Below are positions 48,884-57,181 of a stretch of 64,000 nt of DNA, piece by piece. The DNA comes from an uncultured Chloroflexia bacterium (lineage in GTDB: Bacteria; Chloroflexota; Limnocylindria; Limnocylindrales; CSP1-4): the NCBI GenBank assembly GCA_963752475.1, contig CAVVYR010000031.1:12903-76902 (forward strand). Reading direction: 5' to 3'. The notes beneath the pieces were generated by a model that made no database searches, had not been told where the DNA came from, and saw only the letters and a list, made by a program, of their open reading frames with translations. Position numbers and translations under genes: made by a program. Position 1 is the first letter of the stretch. The number at the start of each line of letters is the position of its first letter.

Positions 48884-49894
48884 GTGAGTCGTCGATCCCT
48901 CCTGATGGCAGCGCTGTGCGCGAGCCTGTTGCTGCCTGGTGCTGCCCCTGCCGTCGCCGAAGAGCCTTCCCCCTATGGGCTCGAGGAAGTCTGGGCGCCG
49001 GTGGCAGCCAAGACCGACAAGGGCAAACGGCCGAAGGTCAACTTCAAGGTCGGGGACTGGAAGCTGAAGAAGCTCAAGTGGAAGAACCTGCGCTTCAACG
49101 GCGGTCAGCCGCTGGCCATCGAGACCGAGGGGCCGCAGGACGACCAGGCCATCCCCATGCGCCCCCTGGGCGTGGACGGCGCCCTCGTCTACAACCCGAC
49201 CGTGCTCGCGCAGCAGGGCATGAAGCGGCTGGACACATACCTGCAGACCGGGAACAAGTACCACCTGCGTCAGGCGCGCAAGTACGCGAACAAGCTCAAG
49301 GACCTCTCCGATGGCGGCAAGAAGCGTCGCTGGCAGCCGCACTGGTACGACCTCAGCGTCCATGAGAAGGGCTGGGTCAACTCCAACTCGCACGGCCTGA
49401 CGCTCTCGTTCGTGTCGCGCTACCACAAGATCACCGGCGCCAAGAAGAAGCTGCGACAGGCCAGGAAGCTGATGGCCGCCTTCGAGCAGCGGCCCAAGAA
49501 CCAACGCTGGTTCAGCGACGTCACGGCCAAGCGATACATCTGGTTCGAGCACTGGCCTGACGGCCGCAACGACCGCACGCTCAACGCGCACATCAACGCC
49601 CTCTTCGGCATCTACGACTACTGGCGCGTGACGGACGATCCGCTCGCGGAGGTCTACCTTCTGGGCGGTCTCAAGACCGTGCGTGACAAGCTCTACCGCT
49701 TCCGGCGCAAGGGCGAGCTCTCGAGATACAGCCTGGAGGGCACCACGGGCTCGCTGCACTACCACGAGACGCATATCGAGCAGTTGCGCATCCTGGCCAA
49801 GATGACCGGCGACAAGTGGTTCGAAAGGCAGGCCGACCGGTTCCAGCGAGACGAAGACAAGTGGAAGGCGAAGTACCGCGGCGGCGGACGCTAG
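48884..49894 (+). CDS. exported D-glucuronyl C5-epimerase-like protein
   Basis: GTG at 48884. The signal peptide is 'MSRRSLLMAALCASLLLPGAAPAVA'. The sequence 'GWVNSNSHGLTLSFVSRY', 'WFEHWPDGRNDRTLNAHINALFGIYDYW' and 'YHETHIEQLRIL' follows the C5-epimerase C-terminal domain pattern (WYEEYP / LNGFIYSLIGLYD / YH..HI.QL). The protein is unusually Lys-rich. Confidence 0.65.
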   Translation: MSRRSLLMAALCASLLLPGAAPAVAEEPSPYGLEEVWAPVAAKTDKGKRPKVNFKVGDWKLKKLKWKNLRFNGGQPLAIETEGPQDDQAIPMRPLGVDGALVYNPTVLAQQGMKRLDTYLQTGNKYHLRQARKYANKLKDLSDGGKKRRWQPHWYDLSVHEKGWVNSNSHGLTLSFVSRYHKITGAKKKLRQARKLMAAFEQRPKNQRWFSDVTAKRYIWFEHWPDGRNDRTLNAHINALFGIYDYWRVTDDPLAEVYLLGGLKTVRDKLYRFRRKGELSRYSLEGTTGSLHYHETHIEQLRILAKMTGDKWFERQADRFQRDEDKWKAKYRGGGR

Positions 49895-50002
49895 GCGCGC
49901 GACGCTCGCGGGATCCTCGCGCTACGATGACCCCAGCGGCGGTCGTGCACGGCATTCGCTCTTGCACCAGAAGCTGACCGACCATGGCGGAGGGACTCCC
50001 TG

Positions 50003-50248
50003 ATGATGGACATGATCCAGCGGATCATCGGACTTGCGATCGGCGTGATCGTGACCCTGATCCTGCTCGTAGCGATGACCGACGTGACCATGGACCAAGC
50101 CATCGTGCCGCTCATCATCGGCGCGGTCGCGGCCTTCTTCTGGCCCATCGTCATCGCCTGGTACCTCGTCCGCCGCGCCAAGGCACGGCGCGAGAGCAAT
50201 ATCCAGAACGAGGTCAGCCGTCAGATCGACCAGCAGAAGCGCGGCTAG
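50003..50248 (+). CDS. small two-TM membrane protein
   Basis: GGAGGGA lies 7 nt upstream. The sequence is 'MMDMIQRIIGLAIGVIVTLILLVAM..IVPLIIGAVAAFFWPIVIAWYLV' followed by a basic tail. Confidence 0.55.
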   Translation: MMDMIQRIIGLAIGVIVTLILLVAMTDVTMDQAIVPLIIGAVAAFFWPIVIAWYLVRRAKARRESNIQNEVSRQIDQQKRG

Positions 50249-50317
50249 CCTTCGTCGGCGACGACAGGGCTTCGTCGCCGTCGCCTCTCCGGCCGGCGCA
50301 TCGGCGCCGGCCGACCC

Positions 50318-52360
50318 ATGTCTGACGGCATGACCGAGACGCACCCCAAGTCATACTTCCGCTCCGACATCGAAGGCCTGCGGGCCATCGCCATCGGGGC
50401 GGTGTTGCTGTACCACGCCGGCGTCGCCGGTGCCGATGGCGGCTTCATCGGCGTCGACGTCTTCTTCGTCATCTCCGGCTTCCTCATCACCGGACTGCTC
50501 GTCCGGGAGTGGAACGGTAGCGGCCGCATCGACCTGCTGGTGTTCTACGCGCGCCGCTTCCGCCGGCTGCTGCCGGCGGCCCTGCTGGCGATCGTGGTCA
50601 CGGTCGTGGCCTCGTACCTCATCCTGTCGGAGCTTCGCTTCCCGGGCGTGGCCTTCGACGGCGCCGCGGCTGCGCTCTACGTCTCCAACATCCGCTTCGC
50701 TACCGAGGCCATCGACTACCTCGGGGCGGAGACGGCACCATCGCCACTGCTGCATTTCTGGTCCCTGGGCGTGGAGGAGCAGTTCTACCTCTTCTGGCCG
50801 CTGATCATCTTCCTCAGCCTGCGCCTGCTGGGGCTGGCGCGGCTCTGGCTCGCGGTGGCCCTGATGGTGGTGGCTTCGCTCGCGCTGGCGTTCTACTGGA
50901 CCGACGTCGCCGCCCCGTGGGCCTTCTTCTCGTTGCCGACCCGCGCCTGGCAGCTGGGCGCGGGCGCGCTCATCGCCATCGGGGTGCTCAAGCTGCCCGA
51001 GCGCACACCCGGCTGGCTGGCACAGGCCGCCAGCTGGCTCGGCCTGGCACTCATCTGCTTCGGCGTCGTCTACATCAAGGGCGATATGCCGTACCCGGGC
51101 ACCGTCGCGCTCATCCCGGTCGTGGGTACGGCCCTGATGATCGTGGGCATGAGCCACACGCCGGGGCTGCCGGCGCAGCTCCTCTCGACCCGCTTCCCAC
51201 GCTGGATCGGGCGCATCTCTTACTCGCTCTACCTCTGGCACTGGCCGCTGCTGGTGCTGGTGCCCATCGCCCTCGGAATCGAGAGCGTGCCCTTCAACCT
51301 GCTGCTGGTCGTCGTGGCCACGCTCGTGGCCTGGGCGTCGACCGAGCTCTACGAGGGACCCATCCGCCACGGCACGCTGCTGCCGATGCGCCCGAGCCGC
51401 AGTGTCGCGGCCGCCATCGCGGCGTCGGTGCTGGTGGCGCTGGGGGCCTTCGCCTGGGGCAACGCGATACAGGGCGAGCGCTGGACGCCGGGTGAGGTCG
51501 ACGAGGCCACCGTGCGTTCGATCGAGCTGCCTGAACCACGACGCGAGGGACCCGTCCCCGAGGATCTCGTGCCGCCGTTGACCGGCGCCTACTGGGACAA
51601 CCCCGACGGCTACGACGATGGCTGCCATCTCGAGCCCGGCGATGTCACGGTGCCAGACTGCGTCTACGGTGACCCTGCCGGCGAGCAGACCGTGATGCTG
51701 ATCGGGGACTCGCACGCCCAGCAATGGCTACCCGCAGCGCAGGCGCTCGCTGACGAGCGGGGCTGGCGGCTGGTGGCCATCACCAAGTCCGCCTGCCCGA
51801 TGGTCGAGGGCACGGTCTGGAACGGCATCCTCAAGCGTGACTATCGCGAGTGCGATGCGTGGCGCGAAGACATCTACGAGCGCATCGAGACAGAGGCACC
51901 GGCACTGGTGCTGACCGCCGCTGACAGCCGCTACCAGCTGATGCAGGGCGGCGAGCGGCTCGAGGAGGGCAACGACGAGGCCTGGTCCACCGCTCTGACG
52001 TCTGGGCTCGAGCGCCTCCGCGAGCTGGCGCCCACGGTCGTCATCGCCGACACCCCACGGGTCGGCTACCTCCCGGCCGAGTGCCTGGCCACGAGCGATG
52101 GCATCGAGGACTGCGATGTCGATCGAGAGCGCATGGTGGACGAGGTCTACGCTGAGATGGAGGCCGCGGCCGCGGCCGCGGCCGGGGTCGGGCTCGTGTC
52201 GGCGACCGAGTGGCTCTGCTTCGAGGAGGACTGCCCCATCGTGCGTGGTTCGAACCTCGTGTACCGTGACAGCCACCACCTCTCTGCGACGTTCGCCGAC
52301 CGCCTCTCCGAGCGGCTCGGTGCCGCCGTCGACGCCGTACTGGGGGAAGTTGGACCGTGA
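50318..52360 (+). CDS. acyltransferase-3 (AT3) membrane domain fused to a C-terminal SGNH domain (OafA/OatA-type)
   Basis: 'IEGLRAIAIGAVLLYHAG..GFIGVDVFFVISGFLIT' and about 10 TM helices form the AT3 part. The C-terminal part has 'MLIGDSHAQQW', 'TKSACP' and 'YRDSHHLSATF'. Confidence 0.9.
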   Translation: MSDGMTETHPKSYFRSDIEGLRAIAIGAVLLYHAGVAGADGGFIGVDVFFVISGFLITGLLVREWNGSGRIDLLVFYARRFRRLLPAALLAIVVTVVASYLILSELRFPGVAFDGAAAALYVSNIRFATEAIDYLGAETAPSPLLHFWSLGVEEQFYLFWPLIIFLSLRLLGLARLWLAVALMVVASLALAFYWTDVAAPWAFFSLPTRAWQLGAGALIAIGVLKLPERTPGWLAQAASWLGLALICFGVVYIKGDMPYPGTVALIPVVGTALMIVGMSHTPGLPAQLLSTRFPRWIGRISYSLYLWHWPLLVLVPIALGIESVPFNLLLVVVATLVAWASTELYEGPIRHGTLLPMRPSRSVAAAIAASVLVALGAFAWGNAIQGERWTPGEVDEATVRSIELPEPRREGPVPEDLVPPLTGAYWDNPDGYDDGCHLEPGDVTVPDCVYGDPAGEQTVMLIGDSHAQQWLPAAQALADERGWRLVAITKSACPMVEGTVWNGILKRDYRECDAWREDIYERIETEAPALVLTAADSRYQLMQGGERLEEGNDEAWSTALTSGLERLRELAPTVVIADTPRVGYLPAECLATSDGIEDCDVDRERMVDEVYAEMEAAAAAAAGVGLVSATEWLCFEEDCPIVRGSNLVYRDSHHLSATFADRLSERLGAAVDAVLGEVGP

Positions 52361-53502
52361 TCAGCCTCGCCACCGCTCGCGCCGCGCTCGTCGGCCTTCT
52401 CCTGGTCGTGCTCACGGCTGTGCCGGTGCTCGCCGCCGATCGCGATGGCGACGGCCTCAAGGACAGCTTCGAGACACGCTATGGCGTGACCTCGCCCGAC
52501 TCGCACGACTCGGACAGCGACGGCGTCGTCGACAGCGCCGAGGACAGCGACGGCGACCGCCTGGCCAACCACGCCGAGCAGCGCTTCGGCCTGAACCCCG
52601 CCAGACGCGACACCGACGGCGACGGGAGGTCGGACGCCGCCGAGGACCACGACCGTGACGGGCGCAGCAACGCCAAGGAGCAGGACCAGCGACGACTGCC
52701 GGCCAGGACGAACCCGAGGCTCGGCTACATCAAGCGCGACCGGGCCGTGATCGCCAAGAACTGCATCTCGTCCCAGCGCTCCGCCAACGTCGTCAGCTGC
52801 CTCGACGGGATGATCTCGAGCGACACCCGCATCGTGGTCATGGGCGACTCCCACGCGACGATGATGGTCGATCCCATCCGACGCGCGGCTCGCAATGCCG
52901 GCTGGCGCGTGGAGACCATGCTCAAGGGTGCCTGCATGCCGTTGCTGGGCACGATGAATACGGCCCAGTGGAAGCTGGATAAGGGCCAGAGCTGCCGTGA
53001 GTGGCGCATCCGTGCCTTCACTCGCCTGAAGAAGAACCCGCCGGACCTGCTCATCCTCACCGCCAACGACAATGCCGTCTTCGTGGACAAGAAGGGCCGC
53101 GAGCTGCCGCGCAGGAAGCGTGCGGCCATCTGGCGCAAGGGCATCGCGCGGGTCATCGACCGCCTGGCCCCGGAGACCACGCTGCTGGTCCTGGGCGATG
53201 TGCCGGACACGAACGGCAACCCCATCAAGTGCCTCAAGCGCGATCGCTCGGACATGTCCCGCTGCACGACGCGGCGTGAGCCACTGAGCAAGCGCAACAT
53301 CGAACGCGCCGTGCGCTCGATCGTCATCGCCCGCGGACAGGAGTTCGCGACCCTCTACGGCAAGATCTGTCCATACGATCCCTGCCCGGTGGTCCAGGGC
53401 ACGACGCTGGTCTGGCGCTCGAAGGGCCACCTGTCGGCCTCGTTCGCACGCAAGCTGACGCCGACGATGCGGCGCATCATCACCGGAGCACTCGACCGAT
53501 GA
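52357..53502 (+). CDS. secreted TSP3-repeat / SGNH-domain protein, paralogue P1
   Basis: GTGA overlap with AT3-SGNH. The signal peptide is 'LVGLLLVVLTAVPVLAA'. The repeat module is 'DRDGDGLKDSFE..DSDSDGVVDSAEDSDGDRLANHAEQRFG..DTDGDGRSDAAEDHDRDGRSNAKEQD'. The SGNH part has 'VVMGDSHA' and 'WRSKGHLSASF'. Confidence 0.85.
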   Translation: MISLATARAALVGLLLVVLTAVPVLAADRDGDGLKDSFETRYGVTSPDSHDSDSDGVVDSAEDSDGDRLANHAEQRFGLNPARRDTDGDGRSDAAEDHDRDGRSNAKEQDQRRLPARTNPRLGYIKRDRAVIAKNCISSQRSANVVSCLDGMISSDTRIVVMGDSHATMMVDPIRRAARNAGWRVETMLKGACMPLLGTMNTAQWKLDKGQSCREWRIRAFTRLKKNPPDLLILTANDNAVFVDKKGRELPRRKRAAIWRKGIARVIDRLAPETTLLVLGDVPDTNGNPIKCLKRDRSDMSRCTTRREPLSKRNIERAVRSIVIARGQEFATLYGKICPYDPCPVVQGTTLVWRSKGHLSASFARKLTPTMRRIITGALDR

Positions 53503-54653
53503 CACGAACCTCTCCCATGCGCGGGCTCCTCGGCACCGTCCTCGCCGGCTGCCTGCTACTGACCAGCCTCGGGGTGGCCGCGGCGGCCACGGACACCGAT
53601 GGCGACGGCTTGAGCGACGAGTTCGAGACGACCTGGGGTGTGACCTCGCCGGAGTGGAAGGACACCGATCGTGACGGCATCATCGACGCCGTCGAGGACG
53701 AAGACGGCGACAAGCTGGGCAACCGCGGCGAGCAGCGCTACGGCACGGATCCCGGCAACCCCGATACCGATGGCGACGGCACGCTCGACGGTGACGAGGA
53801 TTCCGACGACGACGGCCGCACCGATGCCCAACAGCAGGACGAGCGACGCGTGCCCAAGGATGTGCGTCCCGCGCTAGACGAGGCCGAGGACGACGCCAAC
53901 GGCGTCAACGTCTTCTGCGGTGTCCTCCAGGGTAGGTCCGAGCTGCGCCACTGCAGCTTCGGACCCAGGGATAGCGAGACCCGCATCGTATTCATGGGCG
54001 ACTCGCACGCCCACTCGCTGCTACGACCCTTCAAGCGCGCGGCCCAGCGTGAACGCTGGCACATCGAGACCGTCATCAAGGGCGCCTGCATCCCCCTCCT
54101 GGGCATCGAGAACGGGCTCCAGCAGCGACTCGACAAGGGCCAGAGCTGCCGCGCCTGGAAGGACAACGCCATCGACTGGCTGAAGGCTGACCCGCCCGAC
54201 CTCGTCGTCATCACCCAGAGCCAGACCTACAACCTCGCCCGGCGCGACGGCACGCCATTCGGCAAGAAGAGCTGGCCCGACCGCTGGCAGGCGGCGGTGG
54301 AACGGACCGTGGGGGCCATGCCCGAGTCGACGCAGGTGCTCATCCTCGGCGACGTGCCGCGCAACTTCGGTGACCCTGTGAAGTGCCTGCAGGAGGACCC
54401 CAGGGACATGTCCGCCTGCACCTCGCCGCGCCTGGCGCCGGAGGAGCGCGCGATCGAGTCGGCGCTGCGTGCCGGTGCGGAGGCCAGCGGCGCAGCCTTC
54501 GGCACGCTCTACGACTCGATCTGCACCTACGATCCCTGCCCCCTGGTCCACGGCGAGGTGCTCGTCTGGCGCGACCGCTCGCACGTCAACGCCACGTTCA
54601 GCGGCCGCCTGACGCCCACGATCCAGACGCTCCTGACGGACGCTCTGCCGTGA
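53499..54653 (+). CDS. secreted TSP3-repeat / SGNH-domain protein, paralogue P2
   Basis: ATGA overlap. 'DTDGDGLSDEFE..DTDRDGIIDAVEDEDGDKLGNRGEQRYG..DTDGDGTLDGDEDSDDDGRTDAQQQD', then 'VFMGDSHA' and 'WRDRSHVNATF'. Confidence 0.85.
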   Translation: MTRTSPMRGLLGTVLAGCLLLTSLGVAAAATDTDGDGLSDEFETTWGVTSPEWKDTDRDGIIDAVEDEDGDKLGNRGEQRYGTDPGNPDTDGDGTLDGDEDSDDDGRTDAQQQDERRVPKDVRPALDEAEDDANGVNVFCGVLQGRSELRHCSFGPRDSETRIVFMGDSHAHSLLRPFKRAAQRERWHIETVIKGACIPLLGIENGLQQRLDKGQSCRAWKDNAIDWLKADPPDLVVITQSQTYNLARRDGTPFGKKSWPDRWQAAVERTVGAMPESTQVLILGDVPRNFGDPVKCLQEDPRDMSACTSPRLAPEERAIESALRAGAEASGAAFGTLYDSICTYDPCPLVHGEVLVWRDRSHVNATFSGRLTPTIQTLLTDALP

Positions 54654-56030
54654 GCCGATGGTCGCGCCCGACCCGTGGCGCACTCGTCAGCCTGCTGGCC
54701 GTGGCGCTGACCGCCGGCCCCGTGGCCGCCGTCGATACCGATGGCGACGGTCTGCGCGACGCCTTCGAGCGCAAGAACGGCATGACCTCGCCCGATCGAG
54801 CCGACACCGACCGCGATGGCGTCATCGACTCGGCGGAGGACCATGACCGTGACGACCTCGCCGACCTGGGCGAGCAGCGCTTCAAGACCGATCCGGGTGA
54901 CCGCGATACCGACGGCGACGGAATCCTCGATGGGTTCGAGGATTCCGACGGCGATGGCACGCTCGACCGCGTCGACCAGCACCGCCGCCCCGTCCCGGCC
55001 GATGTCCGACCCAAGCTGCAGAGCGCCGTCGTCGACGTGGCTCGCGACGGCAGGCGGTGTGGCGTGCGCACCGGCGACCCGACGGTCAACGTCTGTCGCT
55101 TCGGCAAGCTCAAGAGCAAGACCGACGTGGTGCTCATCGGCGACTCCAAGGCCACCATGTACCTGCCGCCGATGCAGATCGTGGCCGAGCAGGAAGGCTG
55201 GCGCCTGACCACGATGCTCAAGGGTCGTTGCACGCCGGTGCTGGGCACGATGCCCCGCTACCAACGCATCTTCGACCAGGGGCTCACCTGCGCCCGCTGG
55301 CGCAGCAGCGTCTTCGAGCGACTGCGCAAGAACCCGCCGGAGATGATCGTGCTCGTGTTCTCGGACGACTACGCGCTCGTCGACAAGGAGAACCGCAAGC
55401 TCAACGACAAGCAGAAGGAACAGCAGCTCGAGAGCGGGTTGCGCGCGACGCTGCGCGCCCTGCCCAGGAAGTCGACCGTGGTGCTGCTGGCGGATGCACC
55501 GCGCTCGCTCAAGAACCCGCCGAACTGCCTGCGGCAGAACCCCAACGACATGTCCGCCTGCCTGACGCTTGGCGAACCGGCCTCGGCCCGTCGGCTCAAT
55601 ACCGTCCAGCGACGAGCCATGGAGGAGGGCGGTGGTGTCTACCGCACGCTCGAGGACAAGATCTGCCCGAGCCGCCCGTGTCCGCTCGTCCAGGGCGACA
55701 TCCTCGTCAACAAGGACAAGGGCCACCTGACGGTGACCTTCACGCGGAAGCTCGCGCCCTCGCTCCGCGCCGAGCTGGCGCCGTTGCTGGCACCTCCGAC
55801 GCCCAAGCCGACGCCGACGCCGGCAGCCGACGCCGGAGCCGACGCCAAGCGTCGAACCCAGCCTCGACCCGTCGGCCCAGCCATCGCTCGACCCGGTCCC
55901 GGAGCCGACGCTCGATCCCGAGGCTGGAGCTACCCACGACCCGGCTGCGGAACCGGTGCTGGACCCCTCGTCCGCTCCGTCCGAAGTCCCGCTCGATCCG
56001 TCTCCGATGCCGTCGGAGCCGCCGGCGTGA
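54650..56030 (+). pseudogene. secreted TSP3-repeat / SGNH-domain protein, paralogue P3, with Pro-rich tail reached only after a frame shift (about 55820)
   Basis: GTGA overlap with P2. 'DTDGDGLRDAFE..DTDRDGVIDSAEDHDRDDLADLGEQRFK..DTDGDGILDGFEDSDGDGTLD', then 'VLIGDSKA' and 'NKDKGHLTVTF'. After 'PTPKPTPTPAA' the alternative frame reads 'PTPEPTPSVEPSLDPSAQPSLDPVPEPTLDP...SEPPA' and stops at TGA 56028-56030. Confidence 0.75.
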
Positions 56031-57181
56031 ATTCGGTCCTGAGCATGACCCTGGTGCTGCTGCTCGTGGCGCTAGCCGTGGCACCCGCGACCGCGGCCAC
56101 TGACAGCGACGGAGATGGCCTGCGCGACGGTTTCGAGGCGCGCCACGGCCTGACCTCGGCCAGCGATCCCGACAGCGATGACGATGGCGTCATCGACGGG
56201 GCCGAGGATCACGACAACGACCGCCTCAGCGACCGCGGAGAGCAGCGGTTCGGCACCAACCCGCGCCGCCGCGACACCGACCGCGACGGCATCCTCGACG
56301 GGCGTGAGGACGACGACGGCGACGGCCGCCGCAATGCCGTCGAGCAGGACCAGCGGCCCATGCCGCGGGCGCTCGCACCCGGGCTGGCGGCTGCGCGGGC
56401 TGACGTCTCGCCGTACAAGGCCGGCTGCCAGGCTACCCAGGGCCAATCGGCGGTGGTCACGTGCAGCTATGGCCCGGCAGACAGCGACACCAGCGTCGTG
56501 CTGATGGGCGATTCCCACGCCATGCAGCTGGCCACGCCGATCGTGACCGTGGCCAGAGAGAACGGCTGGCGGCTGACGACGTTGGTGAAGAAGGCCTGCC
56601 CGCCGATCCTGGGCATCCATAACCTGGCCAAGAGGTGGCGCTCGGACCGAGGCCACTGTCGCGTCTGGCGCCGCAAGGCACTGGCCTGGCTCAAGGCCGA
56701 CCCGCCGGACCACATCATCCTGGCTCACTCCGATGCCTACGCCATCTCGACGCTCAGGGGCAAGCGGATCGTGGGCGACAGGCGCGCGCCGCTGTGGCGC
56801 TCGGGCGTCAAGCGCACCGTCCGCCGGATGCCGGCCGCGTCGAAGGTGCTCGTCCTCGGTGACACCCCCGAGAACCGCACCGATCCCGTCGCGTGTCTCA
56901 AGCAGCACCCGACCGATATGTCCCAGTGCACGACCCGGCGCAAGCCGCTCGCCAAGCGGGCCATCGAGCTGGCCATCGAGCGGGGTGCCAGGGCCGCTGG
57001 CGCCGACTACCGGCGCTTCTTCGACAAGGTCTGCTCGTACGATCCATGCCCCATCGTGCAGGGGCGGGTGCTCATGTACCGCGACCGGGGCCACCTGACA
57101 GCGACCTTCGCCGAACGCCTGACGCCGACCTTCCGGTCGATGCTCGGGGACGTCATCGGCCGCGCCGGGAGGCACGACTGA
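56027..57181 (+). CDS. secreted TSP3-repeat / SGNH-domain protein, paralogue P4
   Basis: GTG at 56027 (GTGA with the corrected P3 stop), or ATG at 56045. The signal peptide is 'MTLVLLLVALAVAPATAA'. 'DSDGDGLRDGFE..DSDDDGVIDGAEDHDNDRLSDRGEQRFG..DTDRDGILDGREDDDGDGRRNAVEQD', then 'VLMGDSHA' and 'YRDRGHLTATF'. Confidence 0.85.
   Translation: MNSVLSMTLVLLLVALAVAPATAATDSDGDGLRDGFEARHGLTSASDPDSDDDGVIDGAEDHDNDRLSDRGEQRFGTNPRRRDTDRDGILDGREDDDGDGRRNAVEQDQRPMPRALAPGLAAARADVSPYKAGCQATQGQSAVVTCSYGPADSDTSVVLMGDSHAMQLATPIVTVARENGWRLTTLVKKACPPILGIHNLAKRWRSDRGHCRVWRRKALAWLKADPPDHIILAHSDAYAISTLRGKRIVGDRRAPLWRSGVKRTVRRMPAASKVLVLGDTPENRTDPVACLKQHPTDMSQCTTRRKPLAKRAIELAIERGARAAGADYRRFFDKVCSYDPCPIVQGRVLMYRDRGHLTATFAERLTPTFRSMLGDVIGRAGRHD

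Noticed and set aside
54383-57181. The 932-aa ORF taken as a single fused protein.
   Set aside because: It contains an internal signal peptide and a second complete TSP3+SGNH unit. The linker translation is nonsense-like, whereas the alternative frame gives a coherent Pro-rich tail ending in a GTGA junction. I interpret it as P3 (frameshifted) plus P4.
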